From assembly GCA_015059185.1 (NCBI GenBank), contig SVAY01000006.1, positions 14,070 to 78,069 of the forward strand: a DNA stretch of 64,000 nt, given 5' to 3'. The DNA is from Erysipelotrichaceae bacterium. GTDB taxonomy: Bacteria > Bacillota_I > Bacilli_A > RFN20 > CAG-826. Each line of letters starts with the position of its first letter. Position 1 is the first letter of the stretch. A model generated the notes under the pieces. It saw nothing but the letters and a program-made list of their open reading frames with translations, made no database searches and had not been told where the DNA came from. Position numbers and translations under genes: made by a program. Positions 9,760 to 21,770 of the stretch are shown here, one piece after another.

Positions 9760-10095
9760 TTACTGATTTGAACTACTAGTTGTGATTCCTGCTTCAATAA
9801 ATAATGAGAAATATCTTACTATTCCCCACGCTAACATTAAAGAAGCAATAGAGATACCTGCAATCGAGGGCCATTTCACCCTTGTTCCAAATAGTCCGAC
9901 TATCCCTAATATAATAGCAACCGCTGCCATAATCATAGTGATAACAGCAAAAGCTAAACCTAAAAATGGAAGAATAGATAAATAGCCAGGTAATAAAGAT
10001 AATATAGATATAACAAAAGATATAACGGCAAATGGTAATCCCCATTTATGACTATTATTAACTTCTACTACTTCTTGAGTTTGTTCTTCGTTCAT
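9760..10095 (-). CDS. small hydrophobic membrane protein, function unknown
   Basis: 111 aa with three predicted TM segments; overlaps the 3' end of the upstream aminotransferase gene. Confidence 0.5.
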   Translation of the reverse strand: MNEEQTQEVVEVNNSHKWGLPFAVISFVISILSLLPGYLSILPFLGLAFAVITMIMAAVAIILGIVGLFGTRVKWPSIAGISIASLMLAWGIVRYFSLFIEAGITTSSSNQ

Positions 10096-11380
10096 TATCT
10101 AACACCTTCTTCACCGATTGATATTTTATTACATCTGAAAGCACATTGATGGCAATTTCTAATTCCTCAATGCTTGGATAAGAAGGGGCTAATCTAATAT
10201 TTCTATTATTAGGATCTTGATGATACGGGAAGCTACTTCCAGCAGGAGTGAAATATACCCCTAAAGAGTTGCACATCTCTACTACTTCTTTCGCGACCCC
10301 ATAGTTACAATCTAAGGAAATGAAATATCCTCCGCGAGGTCTAGTAAAATTAATTAAATCACTATTTAAGAAGTTTTTATCGAGGATTTGCTCGACTTTT
10401 TCAAATTTTGGTCTAAGAATATTCGCATGTTTTTTCATATGTTCTTTGATGCCGTTAAGATTATGGAAGAAACGGACATGACGTAATTGATTAACCTTGT
10501 TATAGCCGATTGTTTGGACTTTCATAAATTCTCTAATGTCTTCTAAATTAGCAGGGCTAGAAGCTAAAGCGGCAATACCACTACCAGGGAAAGATATCTT
10601 GCTTGTTGAAGTAAATTTATAAACGATATCAGGATTATTTGCTTTTCTTGCTTCTTCAATTATTTCCACTAAGAAATCTTGTTTATCTTGATACAAATGA
10701 TGAACACTATAAGCGTTATCCCAATAGATTCTAAAATCTTTAGCTTTTGGTTTTAGATTAACAAAACGTCTTACCACTTCTTCGCTATAGGTGACACCAC
10801 TTGGATTAGAATATTTAGGAACACACCATATACCTTTGATATATTCATCTTTACTTACTAATTCTTCAACCATATCCATATCTGGACCGTTTTCATCCAT
10901 TGGGATATTAATCATTTCAATCCCAAAATATTCACATATGGCAAAGTGACGATCATACCCTGGAACTGGGCATAACCACTTCACTGGTTTATCAAGCTTA
11001 CTCCATGGAGTGGATCCCATCACACCCCTAATCATTGCATGAGAAATACAATCAAACATGATGTTAAGAGATGAGTTGCCAAAGATAATAATATTCTCTG
11101 GAGGTAGTTCTATAATCTCTCCTAATAATCTACGACATTCTGGAATACCTTCTAAGATGCCATATGTTCTACAATCAATTCCATCTTCGCAGCGGTAGTC
11201 ACTATCACTTTTAAGAACATTCATCATCTCATTAGATAGATTGATTTGTTCTTTAGAAGGAACACCACGTTTCATGTTTAAAGAAAGATTCATCTTGCGA
11301 TATTCATTAATCTTTTCCTCTAATGCGGCTAGTTCTTCTTTTAAGAAAGATTCAGGTAAATTTTTATAAGTTAGTTCCAT
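10058..11380 (-). CDS. PLP-dependent aminotransferase (class I/II fold)
   Basis: 440 aa with an aminotransferase-like Lys region (FTSTSKISFPGSG); exact subfamily not resolved. Confidence 0.6.
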   Translation of the reverse strand: MELTYKNLPESFLKEELAALEEKINEYRKMNLSLNMKRGVPSKEQINLSNEMMNVLKSDSDYRCEDGIDCRTYGILEGIPECRRLLGEIIELPPENIIIFGNSSLNIMFDCISHAMIRGVMGSTPWSKLDKPVKWLCPVPGYDRHFAICEYFGIEMINIPMDENGPDMDMVEELVSKDEYIKGIWCVPKYSNPSGVTYSEEVVRRFVNLKPKAKDFRIYWDNAYSVHHLYQDKQDFLVEIIEEARKANNPDIVYKFTSTSKISFPGSGIAALASSPANLEDIREFMKVQTIGYNKVNQLRHVRFFHNLNGIKEHMKKHANILRPKFEKVEQILDKNFLNSDLINFTRPRGGYFISLDCNYGVAKEVVEMCNSLGVYFTPAGSSFPYHQDPNNRNIRLAPSYPSIEELEIAINVLSDVIKYQSVKKVLDNERRTNSRSSRS

Positions 11381-12608
11381 ATTCTTCTATTAATTTGTCA
11401 TAAGCATATTTATTCGCGCCATAGACAAAATCATTATTACGGCCATCTTTCTTAGCAGTGTTATAAATATTCTCAAAAATTGTTTCCATGATGCCTTTAA
11501 GTCTAGCGTCAACTTTTTCAAAGCTCCAAGATTCGCCTGCTTTATTTTGTTCAATTTCTAATCCTGAGACGCTTACTCCACCAGCGTTACTCGCTTTACC
11601 TGGAATGTAATAAATGTTATGGCTTTGGAGATATTTCACTGCTTCTTCAGTACAGCTCATGTTACTTCCTTCACAGACCACTTTACAGCCATTTGCCACT
11701 AATGCTTCTGCGCCTTCAAGATCAATCTCATTTTGGGTTGCGCATGGAAGAGCAATATCACATTTAATCTTCCAAATATCTTTAGTTGGAATGATTATGG
11801 CTCCTGGATATTCTTTAATTCTTCCTTTACGAACTTCCTTAATTTCTTTAACAATATCTAAATCGATTCCATTAGGAACATGGATTGCACTAGTAGAATC
11901 ACTCATCGCTACTACTTTTGCACCGAGTTGCATAGCTTTTTCAGCAGCGTAAATAGCAACATTACCACTACCAGAAATTACAACAGTCTTATCTTTAAAA
12001 GATGTAGATAAACAAGTATCTAATAGCTTTTGAGTGATATAGCATAAGCCATATCCAGTTGCTTCTTTACGGCATAATGAGCCACCTAAATCTAAAGGCT
12101 TGCCTGTTAAGCTACAATCATGCTTACCAGTGACCTTCATATATCTTTCATATAAATATCTAATTTCAGTTCCACCAACACCGATATCGCCTGCTGGGAC
12201 ATCAGTCTCTACTCCAATAAAAGGAGCAAGTTTATCCATAAAGGCTTCACAGAACGCTTTAATATCATAGTCACTCTTACCATGAGGATCAAAGTCGCTT
12301 CCGCCTTTCGCACCACCCATTGGTAAGGTAGTTAAAATATTCTTAAATGTTTGTTCAAAGGCTAAACGTTTAAATAGATCTAAGGTAACACTTGGATGGA
12401 ATCTTAATCCACCTTTATATGGTCCGTTCTTATTATTCCATTGAACACGGTATCCTTTGTTCGTGTGCTTTTCACCTTTTTCATCAGTCCAAGTGACATC
12501 AAAAAGATGAATATGTTCTGCTTCAAATACACGTGGGTCATATGATGATAATCCTAAGGAATCTTTGAATTCCTTTTCATACGCTAAATCTAATTTATTG
12601 TTTTCCAT
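11364..12608 (-). CDS. gdhA: NADP-specific glutamate dehydrogenase
   Basis: Glu/Leu/Phe/Val dehydrogenase signature (PMGGAKGGSDFDP) and a Rossmann GSGNVA motif; RBS GGAGG. Confidence 0.85.
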   Translation of the reverse strand: MENNKLDLAYEKEFKDSLGLSSYDPRVFEAEHIHLFDVTWTDEKGEKHTNKGYRVQWNNKNGPYKGGLRFHPSVTLDLFKRLAFEQTFKNILTTLPMGGAKGGSDFDPHGKSDYDIKAFCEAFMDKLAPFIGVETDVPAGDIGVGGTEIRYLYERYMKVTGKHDCSLTGKPLDLGGSLCRKEATGYGLCYITQKLLDTCLSTSFKDKTVVISGSGNVAIYAAEKAMQLGAKVVAMSDSTSAIHVPNGIDLDIVKEIKEVRKGRIKEYPGAIIIPTKDIWKIKCDIALPCATQNEIDLEGAEALVANGCKVVCEGSNMSCTEEAVKYLQSHNIYYIPGKASNAGGVSVSGLEIEQNKAGESWSFEKVDARLKGIMETIFENIYNTAKKDGRNNDFVYGANKYAYDKLIEEYGTNL

Positions 12609-12676
12609 ACGAGTAACCTCCTTATCATTTAATACTCAAACGGGAATATATTCAATACTTCTTTATTAAAGAAATA

Positions 12677-14287
<1,611 letters not shown>

Positions 14288-16066
14288 TTACTCCACGGTC
14301 ACACTTTTAGCAAGGTTTCGTGGTTTATCAACATTTAGACCTTTAGAAATTGAAACATAATATGCTAGATAAAAAGCAACGATAGAGACTGCAACACTAG
14401 AAAGATAATAAGCATAATCCTTCACAATAATCGTATCCTCTTTTCTAGAAAGCTTTTGGGTAGCGATAGTATAAACAGTTGCGCCGCGTGCTTTCACTTC
14501 TTCAATATTTCCTCTCATGCTAGAAGCAGTAACTGTGTCGGTAATAAAAACGATAACTGGTGTTCCTGGTTCAATTAACGCGATTGGGCCATGTTTAAGT
14601 TCTCCTCCAGGAATAGCTTCCGAATGGATATAACTAACTTCTTTTAGTTTTAAAGATGCTTCAAGTGATAAGAAATAGTCATAACTTCTACCTAAATAGA
14701 AGATGTTAGTTTTGTCTTTTAATTCATCTGCAACATTCATAATGATTGGCTTATAGTTATCCCTAATATCTTTAACAATTTCAATAGAGTCTTTTAGATC
14801 TTTTATTGTTTTCTTATCGTTTTGAAGCGCACTTGAAAGAAGTGAAAGCAAAGTCACCTGAGCAACATATGCTTTTGTAGAAGCAACTGATACTTCAATA
14901 CCTGCATGCAACAAAAGCGAATACATTGCATTTCTATCTAAAGTAGACCCACCAGTATTAGTGATAATTAAATTCTTAAGATTATGTTCTTTAATGATTT
15001 TTAGGCAGTGAATTAAGTCCGCCGTTTCTCCCGATTGAGAAATCATAATAATGAACGGTCTTTCTCCTGGATAAGTAGGATGGAAGGCCCATTCAGACGC
15101 AATAAATCTACTTGCAGATTTCCCATAGTATTCAAAAAATCTTCCACCTACTAATCCTGAGTGATAAGAAGTTCCACAAGCAATAAAAATGATATGATCA
15201 GATTCGTTTAAATCTTTGATAAGGTGGGGATCAAACTGGTATTCATCATTTTTAAAATATTCATTAATCAAGTTATTAACAACAGAAGGTATTTCTTCAA
15301 TTTCCTTAAGCATATAATGTGGATAACCTTTTAGGTCATGAGATATAGTCTCAATATCTTTATGTATCTTTTCTTTATTGACCTTCTCCCCTTCTTGGTC
15401 ATAAACCTCAACTGAATCATTAGAAATAACTGTATATTCGTTATCTTCAAGTTCGATAAAGTTATTGGTCAAACTAATCATCGGAGAAGCGTCACTTGCA
15501 ATTAAGTTATATCCTTCGCCGAGTCCAATAACTAAAGGTGAAGACTTTTTTAAAGCATATAAAACATTTTCATCATCACTCGTAAAGAAGGTGATTGCAA
15601 AACTACCCTTAAGCAATGACATCACTTTTCTAATTGCACTGATGACATCGTAATCTTTTAAATAGAAGTATTCTAATAAGTTAGAAGCAATTTCTGAATC
15701 AGTTTCACCAACAAATTCGTAGCCTTTATCCACTAAAAATTCTTTTAATTCCTTATAATTTTCAATTACGCCATTATGGACTAAACAGATTTTTTTACGA
15801 AAAGAAAGATGAGGATGGGTATTGTTGATACTGGGAACACCATGTGTTGCCCAGCGGGTATGTCCAATCATCACATTTGTTTCTATGTGGCTAGGAACAA
15901 AAGAGAATAGGTGTTCGACACTACCTACGTCTTTATAGATTTTAATGCCATCACTAAGATAAGCAATACCAGCGGAATCATATCCACGGTAATCTAAAAT
16001 CTTTAAGCCTTTTTCGACATAATTACGAGGATCTTTTAATCCAATTGAGCCAACAATTCCACACAT
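14288..16066 (-). CDS. glmS: glutamine--fructose-6-phosphate aminotransferase
   Basis: Starts MCGIVG, has two SIS domains and ends KSVTVE, as GlmS does. Confidence 0.85.
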   Translation of the reverse strand: MCGIVGSIGLKDPRNYVEKGLKILDYRGYDSAGIAYLSDGIKIYKDVGSVEHLFSFVPSHIETNVMIGHTRWATHGVPSINNTHPHLSFRKKICLVHNGVIENYKELKEFLVDKGYEFVGETDSEIASNLLEYFYLKDYDVISAIRKVMSLLKGSFAITFFTSDDENVLYALKKSSPLVIGLGEGYNLIASDASPMISLTNNFIELEDNEYTVISNDSVEVYDQEGEKVNKEKIHKDIETISHDLKGYPHYMLKEIEEIPSVVNNLINEYFKNDEYQFDPHLIKDLNESDHIIFIACGTSYHSGLVGGRFFEYYGKSASRFIASEWAFHPTYPGERPFIIMISQSGETADLIHCLKIIKEHNLKNLIITNTGGSTLDRNAMYSLLLHAGIEVSVASTKAYVAQVTLLSLLSSALQNDKKTIKDLKDSIEIVKDIRDNYKPIIMNVADELKDKTNIFYLGRSYDYFLSLEASLKLKEVSYIHSEAIPGGELKHGPIALIEPGTPVIVFITDTVTASSMRGNIEEVKARGATVYTIATQKLSRKEDTIIVKDYAYYLSSVAVSIVAFYLAYYVSISKGLNVDKPRNLAKSVTVE

Positions 16067-16067
16067 A

Positions 16068-17402
16068 CTATCTTCCTAAATATTTCTTAAGTTCGTATTC
16101 ACTAACAGTCGTGTGATATTCCTTCCACTCTTTTTCCTTTGCTTCGATATATTTAGGGAAGAGATGATCACCTAAGACTTCCTTAAGAATTGCACTATTC
16201 CTAAAATCCTTAATCGCAGAATGAAGGGTTGCTGGTAAACATACAATATTACGCGCTTCAATTTCTTCCTCGCTTAGGGCAAAGAGGTTATCGCTGACAG
16301 GGGGAATGATATCGCTGTCTTTAGTTTTTTCGATACCCTCTAAGCCACAAGCTAGGATGCCAGCAAGTGCTAAATATGGATTCGCACAAGGGTCAACATT
16401 TCTTAATTCTGTTCTTGTGGCTAAACCTCTAATAGCAGGAATACGAATGAGCGAACTTCTATTCGCATCACTCCAACATGCGTAGATAGGGGCTTCATAG
16501 CCACTGACAAGTCTTTTATATGAATTAACAATTGGGTTAGTTAATAAACTTAATTCACGAGCGTGACTTAGTATTCCTGTAATCCACTTCTTACATAATA
16601 AGGATAATTCCATCTCACAATTTGGATCATAGAATAAATCACCTTTATCTTTAGAATATAATGAGCAGTTTGTGTGCATGCCGTTACCAGCAAGTTTATT
16701 AAGTGGTTTAGGCATGAAGGAAGCTAGGTAGCCATTCTTTCTAGCGACCATTTTCACAACTTGTTTAAATGTTTGGACACGGTCACAAGCACTGACTACA
16801 TCGATATATTTAAAAGTTATTTCATTTTGGCCTGGACCGACTTCATGGTGAGACGCTTGGACATTAAAGCCCATCTTCTCAAGCATTAAAGCAATTTCTC
16901 TACGGATATTTTCTCCTCCATCAAATGGTGAGAGGTCAAAGTAAGAGGCACTATCACTTAAGGCAGTAGAAGGATTACCATCTTTATCAAGTTTAAAGAG
17001 ATAGAACTCAGGTTCAAAACCAACGTACATGGTTTCAATACCCATCTTATTCATCTTCTCGACCTGTCTTTTTAAGATATAACGAGGATCACCTAAGAAC
17101 GGTTTACCTTCTGGAGTGTAGCAATCACAAATGAATCTAGCGACTCCTCCAACCGAACTATCTTCAAATGGAAGAACTAAGAATGTACCAATATCTGGTC
17201 TAAGATACATATCTGCTTCTTTAATACGGACAAAGCCTTCAATTGAGGATCCATCAAACATAATCTTGTTATTTAATACATCGTCAAGTTTACTTACTGG
17301 TACTTCTACCGCTTTAATATCACCAAGCATATCGGTAAATTGTAGTCTTAAGTATGAAATGTTGTTTTCTTTAATTATTCTTCTGATATCATTTGCGTCC
17401 AT
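16068..17402 (-). CDS. glnA: glutamine synthetase type I
   Basis: GlnA family sequence; start taken at ATG 17402 (MDANDIRR) because AAAGGAG sits 10 nt upstream (the track ORF begins at an upstream TTG). Confidence 0.85.
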   Translation of the reverse strand: MDANDIRRIIKENNISYLRLQFTDMLGDIKAVEVPVSKLDDVLNNKIMFDGSSIEGFVRIKEADMYLRPDIGTFLVLPFEDSSVGGVARFICDCYTPEGKPFLGDPRYILKRQVEKMNKMGIETMYVGFEPEFYLFKLDKDGNPSTALSDSASYFDLSPFDGGENIRREIALMLEKMGFNVQASHHEVGPGQNEITFKYIDVVSACDRVQTFKQVVKMVARKNGYLASFMPKPLNKLAGNGMHTNCSLYSKDKGDLFYDPNCEMELSLLCKKWITGILSHARELSLLTNPIVNSYKRLVSGYEAPIYACWSDANRSSLIRIPAIRGLATRTELRNVDPCANPYLALAGILACGLEGIEKTKDSDIIPPVSDNLFALSEEEIEARNIVCLPATLHSAIKDFRNSAILKEVLGDHLFPKYIEAKEKEWKEYHTTVSEYELKKYLGR

Positions 17403-17557
17403 AATTATAATGCTCCTTTTCAAATATCAATGTAGTTATGTTAGTCGGTTGTCAACAACATTTGAAATACTTATAATATTGTGATTATCATATTTTTTAC
17501 ATATGATAGAAAAAAAGAGGTTAATTCACCCCTTAATGTAAAGTTTTATTTACAAAT

Positions 17558-18439
17558 CTATTCTTTGATAATTGCTTTAATGTGATCAATAAATGCTTCG
17601 TCTAATAACGATAATGGTTTATCTTTAAGCCAGACAAAGAGATATTCAACATATCTTTCTGGATTCACTATTTCTTTAGCAATGATTTGATCATTTAAAA
17701 TATAGGAAGTTTTTGGGAATATACTAATACCAATGTTCCTTCCTGCTAGGGCAGCAACATCTAGATAATTATCCATACGACACACAATATGTGGTTCCGC
17801 GTGTATTTCCTTAAACCATTTATAAATCATTGTATTCATTGCAACTCTACTAGGAATAATTAATGGTTTATCCTTTAACATTGATAAATCAATAGTGTCA
17901 CCTTGAATAGTAGCAAGAGGATTATCTTTACTCATAAATGCTGTCATCTTTTCTTGTCCAACTTTAAAACTATTTAGTAATGTATTGTCACATGGAGAGG
18001 TGATAACAGCCATATCAATAAGTCCACTTCTTAGTTTTTGGATTAATTCGTCGCTATTGCCATCAACCACATGGAATTCAACATTTTTATATTGGCTAAC
18101 AAATCTTTCAATCCAATCAGCGGCAATGATAGGTGCTGACCCTTCCACTAAACCAATTGCTATCTTTCCTCTCATCCCTTTGTCCATAGCTCTAATTTCT
18201 TCTTTAGTTTTATTGACAAGAGACAAAATCTCTTTTGCGTGACGATAAAGAAGTTTGCCTGAGTCAGTTAATTGTAATCGCCTTTTTCCTCTAATAAATA
18301 AAACCGTATCAAGTTCATCTTCTAGCGCTTTCATTTGACTACTTAAAGGAGGCTGACTCATACAAAGTTTCTCTGCTGCTTTTGTGATGTTGAGTTCTTC
18401 TGCGATTGTCACGAAGTAAGATAATGTGCGAATATCCAT
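17558..18439 (-). CDS. LysR-family transcriptional regulator
   Basis: N-terminal HTH (LNITKAAEKLCMSQPPLS) and a LysR substrate-binding domain; divergent from the amt fusion gene. Confidence 0.8.
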   Translation of the reverse strand: MDIRTLSYFVTIAEELNITKAAEKLCMSQPPLSSQMKALEDELDTVLFIRGKRRLQLTDSGKLLYRHAKEILSLVNKTKEEIRAMDKGMRGKIAIGLVEGSAPIIAADWIERFVSQYKNVEFHVVDGNSDELIQKLRSGLIDMAVITSPCDNTLLNSFKVGQEKMTAFMSKDNPLATIQGDTIDLSMLKDKPLIIPSRVAMNTMIYKWFKEIHAEPHIVCRMDNYLDVAALAGRNIGISIFPKTSYILNDQIIAKEIVNPERYVEYLFVWLKDKPLSLLDEAFIDHIKAIIKE

Positions 18440-18562
18440 AACTATTTACCTATCATACGAAATTTATATTGTTACCATAATATTATACGTATTTGATTAA
18501 TATAATTCAAAATTTTAAAATCCCCTCATATGAACTAGTTATTGTTCAGTGGAGGAAAAGTT

Positions 18563-20281
18563 ATGACAATAGAATTCTGGTATTTAATTGGTGCTGCATT
18601 AGTGTTCTTCATGCAAGCAGGCTTTGCAATGGTTGAGACCGGTTTTACGAGAGCAAAAAATGCTGGCAATATCATCATGAAGAACTTGATGGATTTCTGT
18701 ATTGGCACAATCGTCTTCATGTTATTAGGATTTGGTCTTATGATGGGTGAAGATACGCTATTTGGGCTTATCGGTATTCCTAACTTAGATTTATTCACTA
18801 AATTTGCATCATTTATTGAAAGCCCAGCAGATGGTTTTACCGCTGCTTCGACATTTGTGTTTAACCTTGTCTTCTGTGCTACTGCAGCAACTATTGTTTC
18901 TGGTTCAATGGCAGAAAGAACAAGGTTCTTATCTTACTGTATTTATTCCGCAATTATCTCTTTAATCATATACCCAATTGAAGCGCACTGGATTTGGGGT
19001 GGAGGTTGGTTAGCCTCTATCGGTTTTCATGATTACGCTGGCAGCACTGCCATTCATATGGTTGGCGGTATCGCTGCTTTAATTGGAGCAATTTTTCTTG
19101 GTCCACGTATTGGTAAATATGAAAGGGACGAGAATGGAAAAGTTATTAAAGTTAATGCTATTCAAGGTCACTCTATACCTTTAGGTGCCTTGGGTGCATT
19201 TATCTTGTGGTTTGGTTGGTATGGTTTCAATGGTGCTGCTGCCACGACCACAAGCGAATTAGCTACTATTTTCTTGAACACAACTATTGCACCAGCAGTT
19301 GCTACAGTAACTACTATGGTTTTTACATGGATTAAAAACGGTAAGCCTGATGTCTCTATGTGTATCAATGCCTGCCTAGCAGGTTTAGTTGGCGTTACTG
19401 CTGGATGCGCAGCTTTTGACGCCATTGGTTCCACTGTTGTTGGTTTGGTCTCTGGTTTCCTAGTCGTCTTTGTGGTTGAGTTTCTTGATCTTAAGTTACA
19501 TATTGATGATCCAGTCGGTGCGGTTGGTGTTCATATGGCAAACGGTATTTGGGGCACACTTGCAGTTGGCTTATTAGCAAACCCAAATGCTCCAGCAGGT
19601 TTAAACGGCCTCTTCTATACTGGTAATTTCTATCAATTAGGAGTACAAGCTTTAGGTTTTATTTCAGTCGCAACCTATACCGCTATATTTATGACCTTAA
19701 CATTCTTCATTATTAAAAAGACTGTTGGTTTACGCGTTAATAAAGAAGAAGAAATTAAAGGTCTTGATAGTACTGAACATGGCTTAACGAATGCTTATGC
19801 TGATTTTGCAATTGCAGCGAATGCTTATGCTGATTATATTGCCGCCGAACCTGTCATTATTACTGGAGAAGCACCCGTTGCGGAAGCTGTTCCAGTTAAG
19901 AAAAATAAAACATCTTCTAACGGTGTGAAGTTCACTAAAGTAGAGATTATATTCAAAGAAGAAAGACTATATGCTTTAAAAACTGCTATGAGCAAAATTG
20001 GCATTATGGGTATGACGGTGTCACACGTTATGGGTTTTGGTCAACAACAAGGCAAACCTGAATATTATCGTGGTGTTCAAGTTGAAGCGGACTTATTACC
20101 AAAGGTACAAGTCGATATCGTTGTATCTAAGATTCCAGTTAGAACCGTTATCGAAACAGCAAAGAAAGTTCTATATACCGGCAATATCGGTGATGGCAAA
20201 ATCTTTGTTTATGATGTTGAAAATGTCGTCAAGGTAAGAACCGGCGAAGAGGGTTATGATGCTTTGCAAGATGTTGAATGA
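18563..20281 (+). CDS. amt: ammonium transporter (Amt) fused in-frame to a C-terminal P-II (GlnB/GlnK-like) domain
   Basis: The Amt core runs to about residue 410; an Ala/Tyr-rich repeat linker follows; the last ~112 aa align to P-II (GMTVSHVMGFGQQQG...GDGKIFVYDV...RTGEEG); start at ATG 18563 after GGAGGAAAAG. Confidence 0.8.
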   Translation: MTIEFWYLIGAALVFFMQAGFAMVETGFTRAKNAGNIIMKNLMDFCIGTIVFMLLGFGLMMGEDTLFGLIGIPNLDLFTKFASFIESPADGFTAASTFVFNLVFCATAATIVSGSMAERTRFLSYCIYSAIISLIIYPIEAHWIWGGGWLASIGFHDYAGSTAIHMVGGIAALIGAIFLGPRIGKYERDENGKVIKVNAIQGHSIPLGALGAFILWFGWYGFNGAAATTTSELATIFLNTTIAPAVATVTTMVFTWIKNGKPDVSMCINACLAGLVGVTAGCAAFDAIGSTVVGLVSGFLVVFVVEFLDLKLHIDDPVGAVGVHMANGIWGTLAVGLLANPNAPAGLNGLFYTGNFYQLGVQALGFISVATYTAIFMTLTFFIIKKTVGLRVNKEEEIKGLDSTEHGLTNAYADFAIAANAYADYIAAEPVIITGEAPVAEAVPVKKNKTSSNGVKFTKVEIIFKEERLYALKTAMSKIGIMGMTVSHVMGFGQQQGKPEYYRGVQVEADLLPKVQVDIVVSKIPVRTVIETAKKVLYTGNIGDGKIFVYDVENVVKVRTGEEGYDALQDVE

Positions 20282-20492
20282 TTAGTTACGATATTAGATA
20301 TTGAGTTTTTTTTGTGATAATCAAAAGGCTATAAAAATACTACTCTATTCTTATCATATAAATTTCGTATGATTATACAAATATTATACATATTTGATTT
20401 TATAGATATAAATTCATACAATTGCCCTGTGATTGAATGAATCAGGTTTTAGTAAATGGTTCATTTATTCATCCTTAACGAAGGAGAATACT

Positions 20493-21767
20493 ATGAGAAA
20501 CTGTGCGATTGTGGGCATTAACTGGGGAGATGAAGGAAAAGGAAGAATTGTTGACCTTTTATGTTCATCATATGATTACGTTGTTCGTTATCAAGGTGGC
20601 GGCAATGCTGGCCATACTGTTGTGAATGATAAAGGTAAATTTGCTCTTCACCTAATTCCTTCTGGAATATTTCATGAAGGCGTCATAAATATCTTAGGAA
20701 ACGGGGTTGCTCTTGATCCTGAAAGCCTTTATGAAGAAATTGTATTTCTCAGAAGTAAAGGGATAGAGGTAAGCCCCGCTAATCTTAAAATCAGTGATCG
20801 TGCTTCTATCTTATTCCCTTGGCATAAAGAGTTGGATGCTTTAGAAGAAGAAAGACTTAAAGATAAAAAATATGGCTCTACTAAACAAGGCATAGCTCCT
20901 TTTTATAGTAATAAATATCAAAAGAAAACTATTTTAATGGGAGAGTTATTGTACTCATCTAATCTTGATGAACATATCAAAGATATCCTTGAATGGAAAA
21001 ACCTTATATTAAAAGGCGTATATAACGCTGAACCTATTTCTTTTGAAGATATCAAGAAATGGGTAGAGGATATGAAAGAAAAAATTGGCCCATTCATTTG
21101 TGATACAACAAAATTATTAATGAACGCTGTGTATGAAAACAAAAGTATACTTTTTGAAGCTCAACTTGGTTCATTAAGAGATCTTGATTATGGTATTTAT
21201 CCCTACACCACTTCTAGCAATACTCTAGCCTCCTATATCCCAATAGGATCAGGCTTACCAACAGCGAAAATTGAAGAGATTCTTGGCGTAGTAAAAGCTT
21301 ATTCTACCTGCGTTGGTGAAGGTCCGTTTGTGAGTGAATGGAAAGGTGAAGATGCTGATAAACTTCGTGAAGCAGGCATGGAATATGGAGCAAAAACTGG
21401 TCGCCCTAGAAGAGTAGGACCAATTGATATCGTTGCAACAAAGTATGGAGTAGAGGTCCAAAACGCCACTTCAATCGCCTTAACTAAGTTAGATGTTCTT
21501 TCTTATATGGATAAGATTCCAGTCTGTGTTAAATATAAACTTCATGGTGAAGAAATCGACCATTTTCCATTCCCGTCTTTACTTGAGGAATGTGAACCTG
21601 TTATCGAATATCTCGACGGCTGGAAAGAAGATATTTCTAAAATAAGAAAATGGGAAGAGTTACCAAATAATGCTAGAGTATATGTAGAGTTTATAGAAAA
21701 GCAGATTAATTGTCACATCAAGTATGTTTCGGTTGGACAAGAAAGAAATGCTTATATAGAAAGGTAA
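20493..21767 (+). CDS. purA: adenylosuccinate synthetase
   Basis: GDEGKGR P-loop and QGG(G)NAGHT motifs; start at MRNCAIV after AAGGAGA. Confidence 0.85.
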   Translation: MRNCAIVGINWGDEGKGRIVDLLCSSYDYVVRYQGGGNAGHTVVNDKGKFALHLIPSGIFHEGVINILGNGVALDPESLYEEIVFLRSKGIEVSPANLKISDRASILFPWHKELDALEEERLKDKKYGSTKQGIAPFYSNKYQKKTILMGELLYSSNLDEHIKDILEWKNLILKGVYNAEPISFEDIKKWVEDMKEKIGPFICDTTKLLMNAVYENKSILFEAQLGSLRDLDYGIYPYTTSSNTLASYIPIGSGLPTAKIEEILGVVKAYSTCVGEGPFVSEWKGEDADKLREAGMEYGAKTGRPRRVGPIDIVATKYGVEVQNATSIALTKLDVLSYMDKIPVCVKYKLHGEEIDHFPFPSLLEECEPVIEYLDGWKEDISKIRKWEELPNNARVYVEFIEKQINCHIKYVSVGQERNAYIER

Positions 21768-21770
21768 TTT

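Noticed and set aside
16060-16075. Expected glmS ribozyme upstream of glmS
   Set aside because: glmS starts 1 nt after the glnA stop; there is no leader at all.
17440-17470. GlnR/TnrA box upstream of glnA
   Set aside because: Only a partial TGTTA...TCAACA arrangement with the wrong spacing; not convincing without a PWM scan.
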